DNA of 64,000 bases, from the NCBI GenBank assembly GCA_044344255.1, contig JBIJDH010000004.1:426632-490631 (forward strand). The letters are read 5' to 3'. The DNA is from Myxococcota bacterium (GTDB lineage: Bacteria; Myxococcota_A; UBA796; UBA2385). Position 1 is the stretch's first letter, and the number at the start of each line of letters is the position of its first letter. Made by a program: the position numbers and the translations under genes. This document shows positions 18,284-28,099 of this stretch, in pieces. The notes below the pieces were generated by a model, which was not told the origin of the DNA, did not search any database, and saw only the letters and a program-made list of their open reading frames with translations.

Positions 18284-19243
18284 GTGCGCGTCCTCCACGT
18301 CGACACCGCGACCGAGTGGCGAGGTGGCCAGCAGCTGCTCCTCCGCCTGGCGCGCGGCATGGCCGAGGCGGGGGAGGACGTCTCCGTCGCCTGTCCCGAG
18401 GCGGGTCGCCTGTGGCTCGAGCTCGGCCGACTGGGGCTCCCGCGCCTCGCGGTCCCGGCGGGGCGGTCGCCGCTCACCCCCCTTCGCCTCGCGGCCGCGC
18501 GCCCTGACCTCCTGGTGGCGCACACGAGCCACGCCCACACCTGCTGCCTCTTCGCGGGCCTCCCGTTGATCGTTCACCGTTGGGTCGACTTCACCCCCTC
18601 GGGCGGCTGGAAGTACCGGCGACCGGAGGGCTACGTGGCCTGCTCAGAGGCCGTGGCGGCCCAGCTCCGGGCGGCCGGGGGGCGTGGGGTCACGGTGGTC
18701 TACGGGGGCGTCGATCCGCTGCCGCCGGCGGCCCCCGCCGCCGACGGACCGATGGTGCTCGCGGTGGGAGCGCGGGTCGCCCACAAGGGGCACGACGTGC
18801 TCGCCGCGGCCGCCGCCCTCCTCCCGGGCCTCGACGTCGGCGTCGCAGGGGAGGGCCCGCTGAGACCGCCGGGGCTTCGCTGGCTCGGTGAGCGGGGCGA
18901 CGTCCCCGCCCTGCTCGCCGCGGCGCGGGTCTTCGTGATGCCCTCCCGCAGCGAAGGGCAGGGGATGGCGGTGGTGGAGGCGATGCTCGCGGGCGTCCCG
19001 GTGGTGGCCTCTGCGGTGGGCGGCATCCCCGAGGTGCTCGGCGAGACCGGCCTCCTCGTGCCGCCCGGCGACGCGCCCGCCCTCGCCCGAGCGCTCCAGC
19101 GGGCCCTCGCTGGGGACCACCCCGATCCGGCCCTGGCTCGTGGGCGCGCGCTCGCCCTGTTCACCACCGCGCGGATGGTCGAAGGGGCCGTCGCCGCGTA
19201 TCGGCGGATCGGGGGACGCGAGATAGAGGGCCGCCCTCTCTGA
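18284..19243 (+). CDS. GT4 family glycosyltransferase
   Basis: MRVLHVDTATEWRGGQQ, HKGHD, FVMPSRSEGQGMAVVEAM (E-x7-E), GVPVVAS.VGGIPE. Confidence 0.9.
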   Translation: MRVLHVDTATEWRGGQQLLLRLARGMAEAGEDVSVACPEAGRLWLELGRLGLPRLAVPAGRSPLTPLRLAAARPDLLVAHTSHAHTCCLFAGLPLIVHRWVDFTPSGGWKYRRPEGYVACSEAVAAQLRAAGGRGVTVVYGGVDPLPPAAPAADGPMVLAVGARVAHKGHDVLAAAAALLPGLDVGVAGEGPLRPPGLRWLGERGDVPALLAAARVFVMPSRSEGQGMAVVEAMLAGVPVVASAVGGIPEVLGETGLLVPPGDAPALARALQRALAGDHPDPALARGRALALFTTARMVEGAVAAYRRIGGREIEGRPL

Positions 19244-19342
19244 CCACGGGCCCCCTGGCCCACCCGGTCGATCGTCGCCGCGATCCCTTGTCGCCACGAT
19301 CATCGCCGGAGCGGCTCAGACCACCCCCCCCCGGAGGCCCCC

Positions 19343-21008
<1,666 letters not shown>

Positions 21009-21019
<11 letters not shown>

Positions 21020-21722
21020 CGGGCGGACCGAGCGGGGGGCCGAGCTGGAAGGTCTTTGCCTTCTCGGCCCGCTTGCGGTTCCGCTCGAGGCCGATGCAGG
21101 CGAGACCGTGATCATTGGCCATCGCCAGGGCGGTGCCGATCCCGCAGAAGGGCACCACCACGGTGTGGGTGGACGGAGAGGCGACCCGGATGGCGCGGAT
21201 GCAGAGCTCCGCGGCCCGGGTGCCCATGCTGTGGCTCCAGGGCATCTCCCCGAGGTCGGGGAGCACGTCCGGGAAGCCGCCGTGAGCGGGCATGACGCGG
21301 CCGCGTGACGCGGCGAGGATGTGGGAGTAACCTGGCCTCCCGAGGAGCACGGTGCCGGGCGGCTTGCGGCAGACGATCTTGTGCCAGAGCAGGGGCACCT
21401 CGAGCTCGTCGATCACCTGCAGCACCATCGCCGCCTTGGACACCCAGCGCCCCTCCAAGCGGTTGTCCGTCTGAAAGAAGAGGGTGAGGCCGTCTTCGGG
21501 GGTCGCGAGGAGCGCGAGGCGGGCCGCATCGAGGAAGAAGCGGCGCCATTCAGGGTAGGGGACGCCGCACTCCGTGACGTCAGGCATGGTGGTGAGCACC
21601 GAGCAGCCGGGGCGGGCGGGGTTCAGGCGGAGCCATTCGAGGGCGTCACCGCAGACCACCTCGCGGCGCAGCGCCTCCGGGGGGGTGGCTTCGGCGGAGG
21701 CGGGCGGGGGAGGGGACGTCAT
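21009..21722 (-). CDS. Putative SAM-dependent methyltransferase (N4/N6 DNA-MTase-like motif order, degenerate)
   Basis: N-terminal VVCGDALEWL...VLTTMPD; C-terminal VVVPFCGIGT and IGLE. Confidence 0.6.
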
Positions 21723-21759
21723 GGCCCCGCCCTATCCCCTCGCCCCCGCCTCGGTCGGC

Positions 21760-23016
21760 TCACCACGCCTTCCAGCCGCTCCAGCTCGGCACCGCCCAGG
21801 TGGCGTTCTCGCTGGGCTTGGGGGTGTTCACCCACTCGGTGGGCCGGGCGGTGAGGCCTGCGCTCACGAGGCTGCCGACGTAGTCACCATCGGCATACAC
21901 GCGGTCGATCTGCTTTCGGATGTCTAGCACGTCCTCCGCGCTCACCACGCCGTTGCTGGTGGCCTTGTAGAACTGGACGGTCACGCGGACGGGGAAGCGG
22001 GTGTCGCGCTCGATGTCGAGGTCATGGAGCTCGGTGAAGGGCCCCTCGACCGCGCCGTGGCTGACCACTGCGGCCTCGACGTCGCTCCGTTCCATGTCGG
22101 CGGACTTCGACATCTGGGGCGCCGCGGAGGGCATGGCCCCCGCGCCCTCGGCCATCCCCCAGGAGTCGTAACGGGCGACCGCCTTTTGCTTGAGCGGGAC
22201 CTGGATCAGGAGCACGACCCCCATGCCATCCTCCCCGCCGGGTGCCGAGATCGGCCCGCTCGGTCCGTCGTCTCCGCCCTGGGCGAGGAAGTCGGACTGC
22301 CGCATCGCGGTGAAGGGGGCGCGCTCGCCGTCTTCGTTGAAGAAGAGCGCCTCGCTCATGTAGCCGCTGTCGTTCTCGACGACCTGGATGCTCGTGCCCT
22401 GACGGGTGGCGAGGATCGTGAGCACCGCCGGGTTCCCGACCGAGCTCTGGTAGTTGTAGATCACCGGCGTGAAGGTGGCCTCACCTTCCTTCGGGATCGG
22501 CAGAAAGCAGGCCTGGGCGCTCACGAGGACGTGGCTGTCCCGCTTGTCCCAGAGCGACTCCTTCTCGCCCGCCCAGGAGCCGCTGTCGTGCAGGAAGCGC
22601 CGGGTGTGCTTGAGGACCTGGTCCAGGGAGGTCGCCTTGAGGGCCGCGCCGCGGTGGTTGCCCACCGGCAAGATGAACTTCTCGGGGCGGATATCAGCGG
22701 TCTTGTCGTTGAAGTTGTCGAAGCGGAACACGGGCATCGGGTGAAGGGCGCCGCTCGCGTCACGGACGCCGATCGTCATGTCCGAGATGTTGGGTCCGAC
22801 AGAAGAACCCTTGTAACGCCCGGTGTCTTCCCATGTGACGTTCATCACCCGGAGGTCTTGGGCAGCGGCGAGCTGGCCCACGCCACCGTCCCACACCATC
22901 TGCTCCACCCGATGGATGGTCTGGCTGAGGGAGGGCGCTGGGGCGGGGCGGGCCTCAGCGAGGGGCAGGGCGCCGAAGGTGAGCAGGGCGAGCGTGAGGA
23001 GGGCGACGCGGGACAT
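21760..23016 (-). CDS. Secreted hypothetical protein
   Basis: Signal peptide MSRVALLTLALLTFGALPLAEA; typical coding codon usage; VTWEDTGR..SSVGPNISD, YNYQS and RVTVQFY look like conserved blocks; GGAG RBS upstream. Confidence 0.7.
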   Translation of the reverse strand: MSRVALLTLALLTFGALPLAEARPAPAPSLSQTIHRVEQMVWDGGVGQLAAAQDLRVMNVTWEDTGRYKGSSVGPNISDMTIGVRDASGALHPMPVFRFDNFNDKTADIRPEKFILPVGNHRGAALKATSLDQVLKHTRRFLHDSGSWAGEKESLWDKRDSHVLVSAQACFLPIPKEGEATFTPVIYNYQSSVGNPAVLTILATRQGTSIQVVENDSGYMSEALFFNEDGERAPFTAMRQSDFLAQGGDDGPSGPISAPGGEDGMGVVLLIQVPLKQKAVARYDSWGMAEGAGAMPSAAPQMSKSADMERSDVEAAVVSHGAVEGPFTELHDLDIERDTRFPVRVTVQFYKATSNGVVSAEDVLDIRKQIDRVYADGDYVGSLVSAGLTARPTEWVNTPKPSENATWAVPSWSGWKAW

Positions 23017-23176
23017 GGGGAGCTCCGTCGAGGGCGATGGTATAGTCGTAACGCATGTTATTTGTGTTACGGCTTCACCTGTTGTGCCCGAGGAACGACG
23101 GCACGGGGCCTGCGCTTACACCCCATCGCACAAACCCTCACCCCCTCCCTCCCTGACCCATCTCCCGCGCGGGCGC

Positions 23177-24769
23177 TCACTCGACGATGAGGCGAATTCC
23201 CACCGCCTTGAGCTCAACCTCCTCCTCGGCGAGGTCGGCGCGTGTCAGGGGGTGCACGTCGAGGAATCCGCCGGGGACCCGCATACAGAGGCCCTCGGGC
23301 ACCACGGTGAGCCCGGGCTCCATCGCCCGGGTGGGTGAGCGGGAGCGGTGGAGGCGCGCTGCGAGCCGCAGAAGCACCGCGAGCCTCAGCGCGGCGGGCC
23401 CGAGGTTCGGGTACCACAGCCTCATTCGTTCGAGGTCGAGCTTCCCGCGGTGGCCGAGCACGAGGGCCGCAAGGGCCCCCTGGGACTGGCGGGAGAAGCC
23501 CGGGAGCTCTGCCTGAGCGAGGATGTACGCGCCGTGCTTGTGGTAGCCGCTGAAGGCGACGAAGATCCCCACCTCGTGGAGGCGCGCCGCCCAAGAGAGC
23601 AGCGGCCGATGCTCCTCCGGGCGTAGCTCCCAGGCCGAGGCCACCTGATCGAAGAGGGCCAAGGCGGTGACCTCCACCCGCCGGGCCTGCTCGGTGTCGA
23701 CTCCGAAGCGGCCGGCCACCCGATCGACCGTCTCGACGCGGATGTCGCTGTCCTTGCGCCGCCCGAGCAGCTCGTAGAGCAGCCCCTCACGCAGGGCGGA
23801 GTCGCTGTAGCTCATCCGCTCGATGCCGAGCGTGGCGAAGACCGCGCTGAGGATCGCTACCCCGCCCACCAACACCGGGCGGCGATCGTCGGCGAGGCCG
23901 GGGAGCTCCAGGCGCGCGACAGAGCCCGCCTTGATCAGGGCGGCGCGGAGCCGCTGGAGGCCCCCCGCGGTGACCCCGGTCGGGGAGAGCCCGCTGTCGA
24001 TGAGGATGCGCTCGATGCTCTTCACCGTCCCCGACGAGCCCATCGCTGTGGCCCAGCCGGCCTCCCGGAACCGTCGCTCGACGGCCTCGAGCTCGACATT
24101 CGCGGCCTCCACCGCCTTGCGCATCCGCTCCGCGGTGATGACGCCGCGCGGAAAGTGCCGCATCGACCAGCTCACCGAGCCCATCGCGAGGCTGTCGAGT
24201 GCCTGAATCTCGGGGCCGCGCCCGACGATGAGCTCGGTGCTACCGCCGCCGATGTCGACGAGGAGTCGCCGCTCGTCGGTCGTCTGGTCATGACTGGCGC
24301 CGAGCCAGATGAGGCGGGCCTCCTCTCGGCCGCTCACCACCTCGATCTCATGGCCGAGGGCACGGTTGGCCTGGGCAAGGAAGGCGCCGCCGTCCTTGAG
24401 CTGGCGCAAGGTGTTGGTGCCGACCGCGCGCACGGAGTCCGGCGGGACGGCTCGGAGGCGCTCGCCCATCTGTGCGAGGCAGGCGAGGGCCACTTCGGCG
24501 GTCGCCTTCCGCAGGCGCCCCCGCTCGGTGAGCCCACCGCCCAGTCGGACCGGCTGCTTCAGGCGATCGATCACCTGAAGGTCACCTCCGGGGCCGAAGC
24601 GGGCGACGAGGAGGTGAAAGGAGTTCGAGCCGAGATCGACAGCCGCGACCACCTCGGAGCGGGGCCGCGCGCTGGGGCCGGGATCCTCGGTGCGCAGGGC
24701 TTCGGGCGTAGGGCCCGCGGCGCTCGGGCTCCCGACCAGGCGAACATGGGGCTGGGCGACTTTGGCCAT
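23177..24769 (-). CDS. ppx: Exopolyphosphatase / pppGpp phosphohydrolase (Ppx/GppA)
   Basis: AAVDLGSNSFH, VGTNTLR, SGREEARLI, DIGGGSTE, ALREG and a C-terminal HD-like region (LHEVG...YHKHGAY). ATG at 24769. Confidence 0.93.
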   Translation of the reverse strand: MAKVAQPHVRLVGSPSAAGPTPEALRTEDPGPSARPRSEVVAAVDLGSNSFHLLVARFGPGGDLQVIDRLKQPVRLGGGLTERGRLRKATAEVALACLAQMGERLRAVPPDSVRAVGTNTLRQLKDGGAFLAQANRALGHEIEVVSGREEARLIWLGASHDQTTDERRLLVDIGGGSTELIVGRGPEIQALDSLAMGSVSWSMRHFPRGVITAERMRKAVEAANVELEAVERRFREAGWATAMGSSGTVKSIERILIDSGLSPTGVTAGGLQRLRAALIKAGSVARLELPGLADDRRPVLVGGVAILSAVFATLGIERMSYSDSALREGLLYELLGRRKDSDIRVETVDRVAGRFGVDTEQARRVEVTALALFDQVASAWELRPEEHRPLLSWAARLHEVGIFVAFSGYHKHGAYILAQAELPGFSRQSQGALAALVLGHRGKLDLERMRLWYPNLGPAALRLAVLLRLAARLHRSRSPTRAMEPGLTVVPEGLCMRVPGGFLDVHPLTRADLAEEEVELKAVGIRLIVE

Positions 24770-25011
24770 CTCGGCTCCCGGGGGGGGCGCCCCGTAGCAC
24801 CGGCGTCCTCGCGCCGCACCCGTCCGCGTCCGGGCCGGGCCGCTCCGTGCGGGCGGCTTGGAGTACGCTTCCGGCCGGGCCGCCCCTTGACACGTGCTGC
24901 TGGACATCGGGCTCGGCCTCGTGCTTCAATGCGGTAGCGGCGAGCGCTCCCTCAGGCTCGGCCGTTGAACCCTCGCTCAGCCGGCTGAGCGACGCCCCAC
25001 CAAGGAAGCCC

Positions 25012-25797
25012 ATGCAGCCCCCGCTCTGGTCGAACCTCGCACCCGCTCGAGTCCTCGGGATCGCCACCCTGGCCCTGCTGGCCTCCCTGGTCGCGTGCGG
25101 CGATGAGAAGTCCCCTGAAGGCTCGACGCTCCTCGAGTGCAAAGACGGCATCGACAATGATGAGGACGGCAACATCGACTGTGAGGAGCCCGAGTGTGAG
25201 AGCGTGCTCTCTTGTGTGAGCGCGGATGACACCGGCGGGACCGACGGCACGGACGGGGCCGATGGCACAGACGGGACCGACGGCACGGACGGGACCGACG
25301 GCACCGATGGCACCGATGGCACCGATGGCACCGATGGCACCGATGGCACCGATGGCGGTGATCCGGTCACCGCTCGGGTGGTGATCAACGAATTCATGGC
25401 GGACAACGGAGCTACGATCGCAGACGAATCGGGGCTCTTCACCGACTGGGTGGAGCTGTACAACGACTCCGACGAGGTGGTCGACCTCACGGGCTGGACG
25501 CTCACGGACAAGCTGGACGAGCCCGAGATGTTCGCCCTGGCCGGTCTCACCATCGAGCCCCGCGGATTCCTGCTCTTGTGGGCCGACACCGCGATCGACG
25601 GCAACCCGCTGCACCTGGACTTCTCCCTCGACAAGGATGGCGAAGAGCTAGGCCTCTTCGACCCCTACGGCACGGCGAAGTCCCAGCTCACCTTCCTCGC
25701 CCAGGTCTCTGACATCTCCGCCGCGCGCACCCCGGACGGCTCGGCCACCTGGGTCTACACCGACGCGCCCACCCCTGGCGGGACGAACGGCGAATGA
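25012..25797 (+). CDS. Lamin-tail-domain (LTD) lipoprotein with (G-T-D)n linker
   Basis: Lipobox LVAC; VVINEFMADN...DWVELYN...VDLTGWTLTD...PTPG is the LTD signature; AAGGA RBS before ATG 25012. Confidence 0.85.
   Translation: MQPPLWSNLAPARVLGIATLALLASLVACGDEKSPEGSTLLECKDGIDNDEDGNIDCEEPECESVLSCVSADDTGGTDGTDGADGTDGTDGTDGTDGTDGTDGTDGTDGTDGTDGGDPVTARVVINEFMADNGATIADESGLFTDWVELYNDSDEVVDLTGWTLTDKLDEPEMFALAGLTIEPRGFLLLWADTAIDGNPLHLDFSLDKDGEELGLFDPYGTAKSQLTFLAQVSDISAARTPDGSATWVYTDAPTPGGTNGE
25231..25356 (+). repeat. 9-bp period repeat encoding (TDG)n, ending in six perfect ACCGATGGC copies
   Basis: Read directly; perfect copies span 25303-25356. Confidence 0.9.
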
Positions 25798-27155
25798 AAA
25801 AGCTCCTTCTGACCGGCCTGCTGATGGCCTGCTCCTCCGATACCATTGACTGGAGCTCCCCCGCGACGGAGCCTGGGCAGGACGGCGGTGGAGACGGCGC
25901 GGACGGGACCGACGGGACCGACGGGACCGACGGGGCGGATGGTGGAGGGGACAGCGGGGCGGATGGCGGGGATGACGGCCCTCCCGACTCTCCATTGGAG
26001 GAGCTCCCGGCCGCCGAGGAGCCGATCCTACCGACGGACGAGGCCCTCTTCGATGAGGTCACCCTCCCCGAGATCGCCATCGAGCTCTCGGAGGAGGCCG
26101 TCGCCTCTCTCCTCGTTGACCCCTACGTTTATGTGCACGGCACCTTCATCTTCGAGGGCGAGCGGGTGGAGGACGTCGCGATCCGCACCAAGGGGGAGAA
26201 CTCCTGGCGCCCGATCAACGAGAAGCCCTCGCTGAAGATCAAGTTCGACGGCTGGGTCGAGGATCAGGAGTTTCGGGGACTGACCGATCTGACGCTCAAC
26301 GCCATGAACAATGACGTGAGCATGATGCACGAGCGGGTGGCCTACAAGATGTACCGGGAATTCGGAATTCCCGCGGCACGAAGCACCCACGGCGTGGTGA
26401 CGCTCAACGGCGACTCCTACGGCCTGTATACCGTCCTCGAGACGGTGAACCGCGACATGATGAAGCAGTGGTACGAAGACCCCGACGGCACCCTGTTCGA
26501 GCAGCACGACGTGGATTTCTACGACGCTTACATCCCCTGCGTCGTGGAAGACACCGACACCGCGCCGGCCGGCGGTGGGTACGCCTGCTTTCAGTATGAG
26601 TATGGTGACGAGACGAAGACCTCGGCTGAGCTCCGCGCCCCCCTTCAAGGCTTGGCCGACTCCCTGGAGTCCGGTACCTACCAGCAGCGGTATGACGCAG
26701 CGGCCGCTTGGCTCGATTGGGGCAGCTTCATCCAGTACTGGGCGGTCGCCGCGGTCGTCGGGCAGTACGACTCTTACCCCTTCGGAAGTCCGGGCGACGA
26801 TTGCCATGTGTTCGTGAACCCCGCCAGCGGCCTCATTGAGTTCATGCCTCACGGCCTCGACGAGACCTTCTACTACCCGACCTACGATCCCGAGACCGTC
26901 AACGGCATCCTGGCGGTCACCTGCAAGAACGTCCCGGTCTGCCGGGAGGCCTTTGTAAGTCGGGTCTGGGATGTCCAGAGTCGGGCCGAGGAGATTGATC
27001 TGTACGGATATGCCCTCGATGTACAGACACAGGTGAGCCCGATCATCGACGCCGATGACCGCCACTACTGGACACGGGCGGAGGTCACGGCCTACCAGGA
27101 GCTGATGATCGACATGATCCACGATCGGCGGGCGACCCTTGAATCGCTGCTCTGA
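25794..27155 (+). CDS. CotH kinase family lipoprotein
   Basis: Lipobox LMAC; VAIRTKGENSW...KPSLKIKF, LTLN, MHERVAYKMYR..GIPAAR, YGLYTVLE, DSY, PHGLD. Start overlaps the upstream stop (ATGA). Confidence 0.85.
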   Translation: MKKLLLTGLLMACSSDTIDWSSPATEPGQDGGGDGADGTDGTDGTDGADGGGDSGADGGDDGPPDSPLEELPAAEEPILPTDEALFDEVTLPEIAIELSEEAVASLLVDPYVYVHGTFIFEGERVEDVAIRTKGENSWRPINEKPSLKIKFDGWVEDQEFRGLTDLTLNAMNNDVSMMHERVAYKMYREFGIPAARSTHGVVTLNGDSYGLYTVLETVNRDMMKQWYEDPDGTLFEQHDVDFYDAYIPCVVEDTDTAPAGGGYACFQYEYGDETKTSAELRAPLQGLADSLESGTYQQRYDAAAAWLDWGSFIQYWAVAAVVGQYDSYPFGSPGDDCHVFVNPASGLIEFMPHGLDETFYYPTYDPETVNGILAVTCKNVPVCREAFVSRVWDVQSRAEEIDLYGYALDVQTQVSPIIDADDRHYWTRAEVTAYQELMIDMIHDRRATLESLL

Positions 27156-27170
27156 TTGAAACGCTGATCG

Positions 27171-28091
27171 ATGGCGCCCCTCGCGCTCGCCTTCGCGCTC
27201 CGGCTGGCCGCGATCTCCGAGGCCGCCCCCTGCGCCACCTGGGGGCCACCGGAGCCGCTCCCCGAGGTGGGGTTCGGCCCCATCCGGGAGGCTTCGGGAC
27301 TCGCTGCCAGCGAGGCGGACCCGGCTCGTTGGTTCACGATCAACGACTCCGGGGGAGAGGCCACGATCTACACCTTCACCACGGAGGGGCGGTACGAGGG
27401 GGAGAGCCCGGTGGCCGGCGCCATCAACCGGGACTGGGAGGCCCTCTCCGCGGGCCCTTGCGCGCTCGGAGCGGGGCGCTGCCTCTATGTCGCCGACATT
27501 GGTGACAACCGCCGCCAGCGAGGAGAGGTGAGGGTCACGATGGTGCCGGAGCCCGTCCCGGGGGCCTCGGTCGGCGTCGGGGCGCTGTGGACGCTCCGCT
27601 ACGGAGACGGCGAAGCGCATGACGCAGAGGCCCTGCTGGTGCACCCCGTGTCTGCGGCTCTGCTGATCCTCACCAAGTCGGAGGACGGCCTGGCGGGCTT
27701 GTGGAGCCTGCCCCGCCAACCCGGCGAAGGCACGCTCACCCGGGTCGGCACCCTCGACCTCTCAGCCCGCCCGACTTGGCAGCGGCGGGTCACGGATGCG
27801 GCCTGGAGCCCAGGAGGGGACACCGTGGCCATCCGAACCTACGGGCCGCTGCTGCTCTTCACGCCGGACCCCTGCGTCGGCCAGGCCTGGTGGGAGGCCA
27901 GCCCGATGGAGCTCCGCACCGGGCACCTCGCCCAAGCTGAGGCGGTGGCCTGGGCGGCGGACGGGGCGCTCCTCACCGTGTCGGAGGGGCGCCCCATGCC
28001 CGTGGTGCGCCTGCGCTGCGCGGCCGCCGCCCCGCCTCCCGCTTGCGACCGCCCCGCCGCCCGCCCTGGGAGCGAGACCGGACGGTGGTAG
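27171..28091 (+). CDS. Secreted beta-propeller-like hypothetical protein
   Basis: Blade-like motifs EASGLAAS, NDSGG, NRDWEAL, LYVADIGDN, HDAEAL, TDAAWS, QAEAVAW, LLTVSEG. Confidence 0.65.
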   Translation: MAPLALAFALRLAAISEAAPCATWGPPEPLPEVGFGPIREASGLAASEADPARWFTINDSGGEATIYTFTTEGRYEGESPVAGAINRDWEALSAGPCALGAGRCLYVADIGDNRRQRGEVRVTMVPEPVPGASVGVGALWTLRYGDGEAHDAEALLVHPVSAALLILTKSEDGLAGLWSLPRQPGEGTLTRVGTLDLSARPTWQRRVTDAAWSPGGDTVAIRTYGPLLLFTPDPCVGQAWWEASPMELRTGHLAQAEAVAWAADGALLTVSEGRPMPVVRLRCAAAAPPPACDRPAARPGSETGRW

Positions 28092-28099
28092 GATGGGCC

